Source: an uncultured Acidobacteriota bacterium (GTDB lineage Bacteria; Acidobacteriota; UBA6911). From it: a stretch of 64,000 nt of DNA. Under the pieces are notes generated by a model. The model was not told the origin of the DNA. It saw only the letters and a list, made by a program, of their open reading frames with translations, and did no database searches. The stretch covers positions 1-64,000 of the forward strand of contig CAWHCF010000045.1 of the NCBI GenBank assembly GCA_963827655.1, read 5' to 3'. The translations under genes were made by a program, and so were the position numbers. Position 1 is the first letter of the stretch. Every line of letters starts with the position of its first letter. Shown piece after piece: positions 1-9,678 of this stretch.

Positions 1-2264
1 CCAGAGCCCGGCGAAGGAGCCCATTCAAGATGTCTACAAGCAGGGGCACTCGCGGCATGGAGACGCCTTCGACGTGGGGCCTCGGCAAAAGCCGTGGATA
101 ATGGAAGGAATCGGCAAAGCCCACTTTCCCGATTTCGACCTCGGTCCCGGAGGTCCAGATGTGGTTCGACCAGGGACACGCGCTGCTGCACTCTTTTTGG
201 TACTACGAGGCGGAGCGGGCATTCCGGTGGTGCGTAAAACTCGATCCTGAGTGCGCGATGGCATACTGGGGACTGTCCCGGAGTGCTGCCGATGGGGAGC
301 GGGCGGCTTCTTCATCAGGGAGGCGGCCCGACGCAAGCAGAAGGTCAGCGAACACGAACGACTTTATATCGAGGCATGGGAGGCGCTTTACGCTCCCGCG
401 GCGCCCAAGGATCCGGCGACGCCTGGCGAGGCGGCCGATGGAAGACGCGATCGATTCAGGTACCTTCTCGAGAAGTTGACGCTCAAGTATCCGGACGACC
501 TGGAGGCGAAGTCGCTCTTTGCGCTTGAGAACCTCGGAAAAGTCGCTACGGAACCGACTTGATCCTGCAGCAGGTGCTGGCCAAGGATCCGCGGCATCCC
601 GGAGCTCATCATTATCGAATTCACAATTGGGATGGCAAGGAAGGAGACTATGCGCTCGACAGCTGCCGGCTCTTCGGCGCCGTCGCTCCTTATGTCGGCC
701 ACGCTCAGCACATGCCGGGGCACGTCTATAGCGGCGTCGGAATGTGGCACGAAGCCGCCATTGCCATGGATTCTGCCACCCGGGTCGAGAAGCAGTACAT
801 GCGCCAGCGCATGATCTTCCCGTTTAACAACTGGAACTACGCGCACAACCGGAACTACCTGAGCTACATCCAGGAGCAGCTAGGGATGGCGGACGCAGCG
901 ATCGACGGCGCTAAACAGCTGCTGGCGGCGCCCCGGGATCCGAAATACGACAATCCCGACCAGTACGGCACGCAGTGGCAGGGGACGATCGCGCTCATGC
1001 GCGCGCTGATCAAGTTCGAGAGATGGGGAGAGCTTCTGGCTCCCAAGACGTTTTTGTGGGGGGACAGTACGCGAGACAAGATGTACAAGGCCTACTGTGA
1101 AACCTTGGCGCACATCGGGCTCCACAACCTTGACAAAGCTTCCAAGCCTTATGCCGCGCATTCGTCCCTGATAAAGGAGCTCGAGAAATCTGAAAACAAG
1201 TGGCTGGGTAAGGCGCACGGCATCCAATCGGTCGAAATGCGCGCCTTGCTGGCTCTCGAAAGAGAGGACTCGCTCGAAGGTCTCGGCCTGCTGGCCGAGG
1301 CCGCCAAACGGGAGCTGGAGCGGCGTGAAGACAATGACGATCCGCCCGATTACCCGAACGTTCTCTACAACACGCTCGGCCGTGCCTACCTGGCTCGCAG
1401 GAGTCCTCGCTGGCGGCGATGGCTTTCGAAAAGGCACTGGAGGCCGTTCGAAATGACGGCTTTGCCTTGTCGGGTCTGGTGGAGGCCCATGCTGCGATGG
1501 GAGACACGGACAAGGCGCGAGAGGCCTACGGGCGGCTTCTCTACGTCTGGTCTGACGCGGATCCGGGCTTGAAGTGGCTGGAACGCGCCAGGGCTGCCGG
1601 AGTCGAAGCCAAACCGCGAGACACGTCGCCTGCGAAACAGCGCAACTACAGGACCACTACGCTGGAGCACTTCGGCCCGAACACCTGGGAGCCTTACCAG
1701 GCTCCGCTCCTCGATGCTTTGGACTCCAAGGGCAAACGGGTCACGCTCGAAGATTATCGCGGCAAGAACGTCCTGCTCATTTTCTATCTCGGCCAGGAAT
1801 GCCCGCACTGTCTCGAACAGCTCGTGCAGGTTACCAAGAAGAAGGATGAATTCTCCCGCCTCGACACGGATGTGCTTGCCATCAGCAGCAATACTCCGCA
1901 AGAGAACGCCGCCTCGGTCAAAGTGGGTGAGCTGCCGTTCCGTTTGCTTTCGGACGCCCGCTTCGAAAACGCGCGGCGCTTCAAGTCGTTCGACGATTTC
2001 GAGGACATCGCGCTGCACTCGACTATTTTGATTGACCGGCGCGGCCGCGTGCACTGGGCTAGAACCGGCGGCGATCCCTTCACCGATTTCGAGTTTTTGC
2101 TCAAAGAGATCAAGCAATTGAACGAAATCGCACAGTCAGAGGCTAAGCGATGCGAGCGGCGCGACCAGCTCTCTGGCGAAGGACTAGCTCCTTTCGAGTC
2201 TTGGTGTCTTCGCGTCTTCGTGGTAAAACCAATGATCAGGAAAACGGCTTGCGCGCATATGTAG
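1..2264 (+). CDS. TPR-like helical protein with C-terminal AhpC/TSA (redoxin) domain; 5'-partial, split by ~4 frameshifts
   Basis: Successive frames read GHSRHGDAFDVGPRQKPW..HFP / WFDQGHALLHSFWYYEAERAF / HPGAHHYRIHNWD..GHAQHMPGH / redoxin LIFYLGQECPHC..LAISSN..HSTILID; breaks near 130, 308, 540, 1410. True 3' end uncertain (runs into the repeat at 2191). Confidence 0.8.
2191..2228. repeat. Octamer-family dispersed repeat copy
   Basis: ctttcgagtcttggtgtcttcgcgtcttcgtggtaaaa; same family as 8241, 22177, 25286, 47709, 50385. Confidence 0.75.
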
Positions 2265-2311
2265 ACGAACGCTTTAGTGGGTTATGTGGAGCTTGCTCTG
2301 AAGGAAACGCA

Positions 2312-3571
2312 ATGATGCCTGGTACTAGACTGAATGAAACCTTGCGGCGCCGCCCAGGGTGGAGGATCCCTTTTACTGGTGTGTTGGCGGCCAGCTTTAT
2401 GGTGGCCGCTTGCCTTGTTTCCTGCTCGAGGGGAATTCCGGGCAAACAGGTCGATGCGGCTGGACTGAAAAAACCGGCTGCGGTCCGGATTGCCCGCGTC
2501 GAGCTGAAGCAAGTCCGACGCGAGGTCGAGTCGGTCGGTTCGCTCTTTCCCTATGAGGAAGTGACCGTCAGCTCAGAGGTGGAAGGCAAGGTTGAACAGG
2601 TTCTGGCTGATGTGGGCGACCGGGTGAGCGCCGGGCAACCGTTGGTGAAGGTGTCGCCGATCGAGCTGGCATTGACGCTGGACCAGCAGCGCGCCTCCTT
2701 GCAGCAAGTCCGGGCTCGGCTCGGACTCGCCGACGAGAAAGGAGACCTGCAGGATGTCCGTGAGGCCGCCGAGGTCAAGAAGGCGGCTGCCGACCTCGAT
2801 GATGCCGAGCAGAAGTACCGCCGGGGAAAGTCGCTTCTGGACCAGGGGCTGCTGCCGCGCGAAAGCTTCGACGAGACCGAAGCTCGGCACAAATCCGCAC
2901 GCGCGGCTTACGACCTGGCGGTGCAAAGCGTCCAGCACCTGCGCGCGCAGCTTCAAGAATACAAAGTACTCTTGTCGCTCGCGGAGAAGAAACTGAACGA
3001 CTCGGTCATCCGCGCGCCCTTCGCCGGGCAGATCAAGGAACGCGTCGTGACTCAAGGGCAGTACCTCAGAGTCCAGACGCCGGTGATAATAATCGTCAAT
3101 GTCGATCCCTTGCGCGCTCGCCTCAAGGTGCCGGAAAAAATGGCAGGATGGATACGGGTGGGGCAGCCCGTGGCGATCGCGGTAGAGGCGTACCCGAAAG
3201 AACGATTCTCGGGCAAGCTGTGGCGCATCAATCCTTCGGTTGACCAGCAGACACGCTCATTCGAGGCGGAGGCTCTGATCAACAATCCTAGCGGGCTGCT
3301 CAAGCCGGGATTTTTCGTAAAAGCAAGTATTCCTTCCGACAAGATCGAGCAAGGTCTGTTCGTGCCGCAATCGGCCCTCCAGTACAGTTATGGTGTGTAC
3401 AAGGTATATGTGGTGGAAGGAACGTCGCTAAACGAGAAAGAGGTCAAAATCGGCGAACGTCCGAACGAAATGGTCGAGATCGTCGACGGACTGAAAGAAG
3501 GCGACGGGGTGGCGCTGCCGGTCAATTCCGCGGAGTTACGGGATGGCGGCGCCATCGAGGTAGTCCCTTGA
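2312..3571 (+). CDS. RND efflux periplasmic adaptor (membrane fusion protein)
   Basis: N-terminal hydrophobic segment ending LVSC, lipoyl-like EVEGKVEQVLADVGDRVSAGQPL, coiled hairpin, IRAPFAG, LLKPGFF; aagga RBS before ATG 2312. Confidence 0.92.
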   Translation: MMPGTRLNETLRRRPGWRIPFTGVLAASFMVAACLVSCSRGIPGKQVDAAGLKKPAAVRIARVELKQVRREVESVGSLFPYEEVTVSSEVEGKVEQVLADVGDRVSAGQPLVKVSPIELALTLDQQRASLQQVRARLGLADEKGDLQDVREAAEVKKAAADLDDAEQKYRRGKSLLDQGLLPRESFDETEARHKSARAAYDLAVQSVQHLRAQLQEYKVLLSLAEKKLNDSVIRAPFAGQIKERVVTQGQYLRVQTPVIIIVNVDPLRARLKVPEKMAGWIRVGQPVAIAVEAYPKERFSGKLWRINPSVDQQTRSFEAEALINNPSGLLKPGFFVKASIPSDKIEQGLFVPQSALQYSYGVYKVYVVEGTSLNEKEVKIGERPNEMVEIVDGLKEGDGVALPVNSAELRDGGAIEVVP

Positions 3572-3578
3572 ATCAATT

Positions 3579-3669
3579 GTGGATTGCGGATTGCAGATTG
3601 CGGATTGTCAAAAAATTGAGCTTGATTAAACCCATGTGTCTCAACCGATCAATCCGCAATCCGCAATCG
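3579..3669. repeat. Inverted heptamer tracts (GGATTGC)n ... (CAATCCG)n
   Basis: ggattgcggattgcagattgcggattg at ~3581-3607 and caatccgcaatccgcaatcgg at ~3650-3670, between adaptor and permease genes. Confidence 0.8.
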
Positions 3670-3678
3670 GAGTGATAA

Positions 3679-6600
3679 ATGTCACTTGCGGAAACCTGTG
3701 TAAAACGGCCGGTTTTTGCCGTGATGCTGATTACTTTCCTGGTCGTGCTCGGTCTCTTTTCATTCCGCGACCTTGGATTGGATCTATTCCCCAAGGCGGA
3801 TCCGGCCACCGTGACGATAAACGCCCGCCTTCCAGGAGCAACTCCGGAAGAAATGACCACGCAGGTGGTTTTCCCGCTTGAAGAATCCGTCAGCACGATC
3901 AGCGGCCTTGACGAACTGACGGCCACGATCTTCGAGGGAAACGCCCGCGTCAGAGCTCAATTCGTGCTGGAGCGTGATATCGAAAGTGCGGCCCAGGACG
4001 TTCGTGAGAAGGTCGCCGGAGCCATCCGGAACATGCCGCCGAACATGCTTCCGCTCATTATCCAGAAGGCGGACCCCGATGCCGATCCGGTGATATCGGT
4101 TGCGGTTTCGGGGAACAAGAGCCTGCGTGAAACCACGGAGATCGCCGATAAGCAGATTCGGCGCGTTCTCGAAACCGTTGACGGCGTGGGGGAGGTGAGC
4201 CTCACCGGCGCGAGGCTGCGCCAGATACGCCTGTTCGTCGACGCCGAGAAGCTGAGTGCCTACGGCATCACGATCAATCAATTCGAGCGCGCAATCCAGA
4301 ACGAAAATGTCGACATACCGGGTGGGCGCATCGTGCGCGGAGAGCAACAGGTCGGCGTGCGCACTCTCGGCCGAATCGATGCCGTCGAGCAGTTCGGCCG
4401 GATTATCGTGGCCAACGTCAACGGCGCGCCGATCCGCGTAAGTGACCTGGGGCGTGTGGAAGACAGTTTTGGAGAAGTGCGCTCATGGAATTTGATCGAT
4501 GACCAGGAAGCAGTCACGCTCGAGGTGAGACGCCAGTCCGGCACCAACACCGTCAAGATCGTCGATGCAGTCAAGGGCAGGCTTGATGGGATCCGGAAAG
4601 CCCTCCCCGCCGGGGTCGACCTTCGGATCATTCGCGACCAGTCGGTCTTCATCAAGGCTTCCATCGACTCGCTCCAGGAGCACCTTCTGTACGGAAGCCT
4701 TCTGGCCAGCCTTGTGGTGCTGCTTTTCATCAGAGATCTGCGCTCGGTATTCATCGCTGCCACCGCCATACCGACCTCGGTGATTGCGACCTTTACCCTC
4801 ATAAAGATGATGGGCTTCACTCTGAACAACATGACCCTGCTGGCGCTGACGCTTTCGGTGGGGATCGTGATCGACGATGCCATCGTCGTGCTCGAGAATA
4901 TCGTCCGCTACATCGAGGAGAAGGCTTATCCGGCCAAACGGGCGGCCATAGAAGCAACCAAGGAGATCGCGCTCGCCGTACTGGCGACCACTATCTCGCT
5001 TGTGATCATTTTCGTCCCGATCGCGTTCATGACGGGATACGCGCGGCGCTACGTCAACGAATTCGGCTGGACCATGGCATTTGCCATAGTGGTCTCGATG
5101 CTGGTGAGTTTCACTCTGACTCCGATGCTGAGCTCGCGCCTGCTTCGGTTCGCCCGGAAAGATCAGAGTGGAAGCGACACTCCAGCCGATGGCCATGCGC
5201 GTACATCAAAGAATTCCCGCTTCTTTGGCTGGACCGATCGCGCCTACGGGCGGATGCTCGAATGGTCGCTCGATCACCGCGCCGTCATCGTCCTGGTATC
5301 GCTCGGTGTCTTTGCGCTCAGTTTTCCCCTGAATCGCCTGGTGGGGCGTGACTGGATACCTCCCGATGATCAGAGCGAGTTGAACCTGGCGCTCTATTTG
5401 CCCGAGGGAACGTCGGTGGAAGGCACCTCGAAAACCGTATCTGAAATCGCCCGGAAGATCCGCAAGCTGGCTGGGGTCGAGTTCGTCAATCCCTATATTC
5501 ACGAGGGAGGATTTGGCTCCACCAACCACGCGCATATCTATATTCGGCTGATCGATGTCTCCAAGCGGGACTTCTCGAACCAGGACGTCGCGGCGGAAAT
5601 CCGCAAGATCACGGCCGCGACCAGGAACTTGCGCAGCCGCGTCCAGATCCCTTCGGCTCTGATGACTGGAGAGAACTTCTATCCGATCCAGCTTCGCATT
5701 CTTGGGCCCGACTTCTTTCAAGCCGCGGAACTTGCCAAGAAGGTGTCTGAAAACGCTCGCCGCGTTCCGGGTCTCCTGGACGTCGATCCCGGTGTGAGCC
5801 TGAGCAGCCCGGAACTTCAAGTAAAGATTGACCGGCAGCGCGCGTCCGACCTTGGCGTCCGGGCGTCCGATGTCGCCAGCGCCGTGCGGCTGATGATTTC
5901 CGGCGAGGACCAGATCACGACTTACAAGGAGGGGGACGAACAGTACGACGTGACCATGCAGCTGCTGCCGGAACAAAAGGAGGACCCTCAGATGCTGGCG
6001 CGGCTCATGATCCCATCTTCGAGGTTAGGACAGGTTCGGCTTGACAATATTGCCACGATCGAGCGAGGGGTGGGGCCGGCCAGGATCGAACGCTACAATC
6101 GCCAGTTCCAGGTGTCGGTTAATGCGAACCACGCGACCGACTTTCCGCTCGACGCAGCCTCTCGGGCCGTGGTGGAGGAGGTCCAGAAGGTCGGACTACC
6201 GGCCGGCTACGGCTATCGGTCCTCGGGAAACGTCAAGATGCTCGACGAAACGGCCAGGAACCTGGTGATTGCTTTCGTACTGGCTTCCATCTTCATGTAC
6301 ATGGTCCTGGCCGCTCAGTTCGAGAGTTTTCTTCATCCGTTCACCATAATGCTGAGTTTGCCGCTGTCGATCCCCTTCGCGCTATTGACGCTTTGGATGA
6401 CCGGCCGCACCCTCAATCTCTGGAGTGCGCTCGGTGTGCTTCTGCTGCTCGGCATCGTGAAGAAGAACGGAATTCTTCAGGTGGATTACACCAACCGGCT
6501 GCGGGAGCAGGGTATGCCTTTGCGAGAGGCCATCATGCAGGCGAACCATGTTCGACTTCGGCCAATTCTGATGACGACGTTTGCCATTGTTGCCGGATTG

Positions 6601-6828
6601 ATTCCGACGGCTCTGGGGCTCGGCGCCGGATCGGCTCAGCGCTCGGCCATTGCCGTGACTATCATCGGCGGCCAGACGCTCTGCCTGCTTCCCACGTTGC
6701 TGATCACACCCGTGGCCTACTCGGTTTTCGCACAGCTGGGGGATCGCCAGTTGTTTGCGCGTGTCGGCCTGCAACTCGCGCGCCTCAAAGTGAGCGCCAC
6801 GCGGCTGCTTCATTTTCTACAGGATTAA
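3679..6828 (+). CDS. RND efflux permease (AcrB/AcrD/AcrF family)
   Basis: 1049 aa; KRPVFAVML start, VGIVIDDAIVVLENI, GIVKKNGIL, RLRPILMTT motifs. Confidence 0.96.
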   Translation: MSLAETCVKRPVFAVMLITFLVVLGLFSFRDLGLDLFPKADPATVTINARLPGATPEEMTTQVVFPLEESVSTISGLDELTATIFEGNARVRAQFVLERDIESAAQDVREKVAGAIRNMPPNMLPLIIQKADPDADPVISVAVSGNKSLRETTEIADKQIRRVLETVDGVGEVSLTGARLRQIRLFVDAEKLSAYGITINQFERAIQNENVDIPGGRIVRGEQQVGVRTLGRIDAVEQFGRIIVANVNGAPIRVSDLGRVEDSFGEVRSWNLIDDQEAVTLEVRRQSGTNTVKIVDAVKGRLDGIRKALPAGVDLRIIRDQSVFIKASIDSLQEHLLYGSLLASLVVLLFIRDLRSVFIAATAIPTSVIATFTLIKMMGFTLNNMTLLALTLSVGIVIDDAIVVLENIVRYIEEKAYPAKRAAIEATKEIALAVLATTISLVIIFVPIAFMTGYARRYVNEFGWTMAFAIVVSMLVSFTLTPMLSSRLLRFARKDQSGSDTPADGHARTSKNSRFFGWTDRAYGRMLEWSLDHRAVIVLVSLGVFALSFPLNRLVGRDWIPPDDQSELNLALYLPEGTSVEGTSKTVSEIARKIRKLAGVEFVNPYIHEGGFGSTNHAHIYIRLIDVSKRDFSNQDVAAEIRKITAATRNLRSRVQIPSALMTGENFYPIQLRILGPDFFQAAELAKKVSENARRVPGLLDVDPGVSLSSPELQVKIDRQRASDLGVRASDVASAVRLMISGEDQITTYKEGDEQYDVTMQLLPEQKEDPQMLARLMIPSSRLGQVRLDNIATIERGVGPARIERYNRQFQVSVNANHATDFPLDAASRAVVEEVQKVGLPAGYGYRSSGNVKMLDETARNLVIAFVLASIFMYMVLAAQFESFLHPFTIMLSLPLSIPFALLTLWMTGRTLNLWSALGVLLLLGIVKKNGILQVDYTNRLREQGMPLREAIMQANHVRLRPILMTTFAIVAGLIPTALGLGAGSAQRSAIAVTIIGGQTLCLLPTLLITPVAYSVFAQLGDRQLFARVGLQLARLKVSATRLLHFLQD

Positions 6829-6941
6829 GGCTTCACGTCCCGCAGTGTGTGGAGGTCCGCAACAAAAATCGAACGTTTCTTCCCGCCATTTCGTCTAAAT
6901 TCCAAAATTTTACCGGGGGTCCTTTTAGGAAGGAGAAAAGC

Positions 6942-7922
6942 ATGACAAGCATATGCCGCTGCATCGCTTGGGTCCTGGTTCTGACGCTCCCTTGGAATGC
7001 AGGGTGCGTCTACGCCAGCGAATCGGCGACCGGGTCGTTCGAGCGCTCTCTGAACGTCAGCGGGCCCATCGAACTTGAAGTCACGACTGGCTCAGGCAAC
7101 ATTGCACTGAGGGCCGGGGATTCTTCCACCGTCCGCGTCACGGCGACGATCCGGGCTCGAGACGATAACCGGCGGGGCGCCGAAGAAAAGATCAAGGCGC
7201 TGGAATCAAACCCTCCGGTCGAGCAAAGCGGTCAGCTCATCCGGATTGGCCGGATCGACGATCCGGAGCTGAGAAGGCACGTTTCGATCAGCTACGAACT
7301 CGTGGTCCCTTTTGAAACACGGCTGCGATCCAAAACCGGCTCGGGAAATGAGTCGATTGATGGGATTCGTGGTCCCGTGGAAGCCAGCACGGGGTCGGGA
7401 AACATCTCGATTACAAACGTCAGTGATACCGTTGCCGCCAAGACAGGGTCCGGCCGCATCGACCTCGATTCTGCCAGGGGCGCGGTGAGGGCAAATACCG
7501 GGAGCGGCTCGATTAACGCCCGACGCATAGCCGGTGGTTTTGTCGGTGGAACTGGAAGCGGCGAGGTGGCTCTGGAGCAAACGGCTCCCGGCGAGGTTGA
7601 CATTCAGACCGGTTCTGGCAGCGTCGACGTGGGCGGCGTTCAGGGTCCCCTGCGCGTGCGGACGGGCAGCGGCCGCATTACCGCTGCCGGACAACCTTCA
7701 GGGGCGTGGAATCTGCACGCCAGTTCCGGGAACATCACCATCACTCTTCCGTCGCAGCCGGCCTTCGACCTTCACGCGCGCACCGCCTCAGGGCGCATAA
7801 CCATTGACCATCCATTCACCGTCCAGGGCGTGATCAGTTCCAAGGAACTGCACGGCAAAGTCCGCGGCGGTGGCTCAATGCTGGAGGCCTCGACAGGATC
7901 CGGCGACATCCGCATCCATTGA
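6942..7922 (+). CDS. DUF4097-family beta-strand repeat protein, secreted
   Basis: aggaga RBS, signal peptide, many TGSG-x-I repeats. Confidence 0.88.
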   Translation: MTSICRCIAWVLVLTLPWNAGCVYASESATGSFERSLNVSGPIELEVTTGSGNIALRAGDSSTVRVTATIRARDDNRRGAEEKIKALESNPPVEQSGQLIRIGRIDDPELRRHVSISYELVVPFETRLRSKTGSGNESIDGIRGPVEASTGSGNISITNVSDTVAAKTGSGRIDLDSARGAVRANTGSGSINARRIAGGFVGGTGSGEVALEQTAPGEVDIQTGSGSVDVGGVQGPLRVRTGSGRITAAGQPSGAWNLHASSGNITITLPSQPAFDLHARTASGRITIDHPFTVQGVISSKELHGKVRGGGSMLEASTGSGDIRIH

Positions 7923-7950
7923 TTCGAAACTGATCCGAAACTTGCCGCCG

Positions 7951-7993
7951 AAAACAAAAAGGGCTTCCGTCTGGTTTCGCTAGACGGAAGCCC
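7951..7993 (-). terminator. Intrinsic terminator (possibly bidirectional)
   Basis: gggcttccgtctgg-tttcg-ctagacggaagccc 14-bp stem; aaaacaaaaa at 7951-7960 gives the U-tract on the minus strand. Confidence 0.85.
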
Positions 7994-8101
7994 ATTTGGC
8001 TCGGCGACGAGGGGGTCGGCCCCCCCAACCAACCTTCCCTCGCCGACGATACCATTCCAACTCTTGCCTCCAGGACAAAACCAGCCTTTTCCGGGAGGCG
8101 A
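7951..8101 (-). ncRNA. Candidate sigma54-dependent small RNA (~150 nt, three stem-loops)
   Basis: Sigma54 box predicts +1 at ~8101; stem-loops at 8066-8099, 8001-8046 and 7961-7993, then a U-tract; no credible ORF. Confidence 0.65.
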
Positions 8102-8111
8102 TTCTTGTATT

Positions 8112-8128
8112 AGCAAATGCCGTTCCAA
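8112..8128 (-). promoter_or_regulatory. Sigma54 (RpoN) -24/-12 promoter
   Basis: Minus strand TTGGAACGGCATTTGCT; GG-N10-GC spacing exact, close to consensus TGGCAC-N5-TTGCW. Confidence 0.75.
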
Positions 8129-8191
8129 CCTCGGCAGGAAGAAACAACTCTTTTAAAGCCATTGAATTAACCTAAAGCGGCCGCTTGCGAC

Positions 8192-8210
8192 GTGGAATCA
8201 GGGATTCCAC
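8192..8210. promoter_or_regulatory. Palindrome, putative enhancer-binding-protein site
   Basis: GTGGAATC-agg-GATTCCAC, about -91 to -109 from the predicted sigma54 start. Confidence 0.5.
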
Positions 8211-8240
8211 TCACGTCAAGGAATATTGCCCTCTTTCCCT

Positions 8241-8314
8241 TTTGTGTCTTCGCGTCTTGGTGGTTAGCTGGGAACAAATACCTCTAAGACGCGAAGCCGC
8301 GAAGAAACACCAAG
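8241..8314. repeat. Octamer-family repeat, inverted pair
   Basis: tttgtgtcttcgcgtcttggtggtt followed by aacaaatacctctaagacgcgaagccgcgaagaaacaccaag. Confidence 0.8.
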
Positions 8315-8356
8315 AAGACTTTGGTTTGTTTAGGCTCGCGGGTTAAGATAAGGCTC

Positions 8357-8893
8357 ATGGCATCCAAGTATGAAGAGGCGCTGCGCCTCCTGGAGGAAGG
8401 GAACAAAAGCCATGCGGATGGAAATACCGACGACGCCATCGAAAAGTACCGTCGTTCGATCGAGCTTCATCCCACAGCCGACGCTCACACATACCTCGGC
8501 TGGATGCTGAGCATAAAAGGGGAAATCGACGACGCCATCCGTCACTGCAAGATCGCCATCGACCTCGATCCGGACTTTGGCAATCCGTACAATGATATCG
8601 GCGTCTATCTCATGCAGCAGGACAAGTTCGACGAGGCCGAAGAGTGGCTTCGCCGGGCAATCACGGCTAAGCGATACCAGCCGCGTCACTTCCCCCACAT
8701 CAACCTGGGGCGCCTCTTTGTGGCGCGCCGGCAATACAGCGAAGCGATGAGACAATTTCGCAAAGCTTTCGAACACGCCCCCGAAGATCCTACGGCTGCC
8801 CTGATGTTGCGGGAGCTGGTATCGAAACTCAATGGTTCGCTGGGCACAAATCCCTTCGCTCCCGAGAGCATTTCGCCGACCTCCGACGACTGA
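8357..8893 (+). CDS. Small TPR protein
   Basis: TPR motifs AHTYLGWMLS, DPDFGNPYNDIGVYL, PHINLGRLF. Confidence 0.88.
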   Translation: MASKYEEALRLLEEGNKSHADGNTDDAIEKYRRSIELHPTADAHTYLGWMLSIKGEIDDAIRHCKIAIDLDPDFGNPYNDIGVYLMQQDKFDEAEEWLRRAITAKRYQPRHFPHINLGRLFVARRQYSEAMRQFRKAFEHAPEDPTAALMLRELVSKLNGSLGTNPFAPESISPTSDD

Positions 8894-8991
8894 AATAATG
8901 GACGTCCCACCCGTTTCCTAACTTCTTAATCGCAAATGGGTATGTAAGCGATCCGAGAAATCGGGAAACCGGTGAGACGTCCCTTATTTCA
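8891..8991. repeat. 101-bp element with 28-bp terminal inverted repeats (REPIN/MITE-like)
   Basis: tgaaataatggacgtcccacccgtttcc (8891-8918) vs ggaaaccggtgagacgtcccttatttca (8964-8991), 3 mismatches. Confidence 0.75.
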
Positions 8992-9006
8992 CAACAAGAA
9001 AATAAC

Positions 9007-9035
9007 TTGCATCGAGATTTCTATTTTTGTATATT
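9007..9035 (+). promoter_or_regulatory. Sigma70-type promoter upstream of cold-shock gene
   Basis: TTGCAT-N17-TATATT in an AT-rich tract. Confidence 0.7.
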
Positions 9036-9074
9036 CTGCTGACCTTGGATCAGTTTTTGTACTCAGTTCGTTGG

Positions 9075-9122
9075 AAGAGTGGCTGCTAACTCCTTTTAAG
9101 AGAAGGAGAGCAGCCTCTTTTT
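9075..9122 (+). promoter_or_regulatory. Terminator-like hairpin within the csp 5' leader
   Basis: aagagtggctgctaactcctt..aaggagagcagcctcttttt bulged stem plus T-run, between promoter and start codon. Confidence 0.6.
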
Positions 9123-9225
9123 GCTTTATGCCCCCCGGGGCTGGCGAATGACAGCGAAAACAGAGTCAAAAGAAACAACAACACCCCCGTCCCAAGGAGC
9201 GGGGCAGTAACAAGAAGAGGAAAAA

Positions 9226-9429
9226 ATGAAAGAACAGGGAACAGTAAAGTGGTTCAACAATGAAAAAGGCTACGGATTTATCCGTCGCGCTTCGGGGGAC
9301 GATGTTTTCGTGCATCATTCCGCCATTCAGGCTACCGGTTTCAGGTCGCTGAACGAAGGCGATCAGGTCGAATTCAATGTGGCTAAGGGGCCCAAAGGGT
9401 TCCAGGCACAGGATGTCGTAAAGATATAA
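9226..9429 (+). CDS. cspA: Cold-shock protein (CspA family)
   Basis: [15 protein letters not shown] (RNP1), DVFVHHSAI (RNP2), 67 aa, gagga RBS. Confidence 0.97.
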   Translation: MKEQGTVKWFNNEKGYGFIRRASGDDVFVHHSAIQATGFRSLNEGDQVEFNVAKGPKGFQAQDVVKI

Positions 9430-9445
9430 TTCGCCAGATTTTTCA

Positions 9446-9473
9446 TGGAGGTTCCGGGTTTCCGGAACCTCCA
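9446..9473 (+). terminator. Hairpin after csp gene
   Basis: tggaggttccgg-gttt-ccggaacctcca perfect 12-bp stem; weak U-tract. Confidence 0.6.
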
Positions 9474-9678
9474 AACCCTCACGTTTTTATTCAATTCCCA
9501 ACCCGCTGATTCCAATCCTTCGCGCTTTCGCGTCTAACACATGCCTGGTCTTCCTTTTGACACCCTGCCGGTTGGCGTTTATACTCGGGGCAGCGAGCGA
9601 TTGAGTCCGAAGCTCCAGGATTTCTAATGCGTTGAGCGCAATGGGGTGAAACCCGAAGGGCGCCGGGGAAGTTTCACC

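Noticed and set aside
7772-8162. Minus-strand ORFs overlapping the candidate sRNA
   Set aside because: They cross the promoter or terminator, lack an RBS and look non-protein-like; a small peptide cannot be fully excluded without ribosome profiling.
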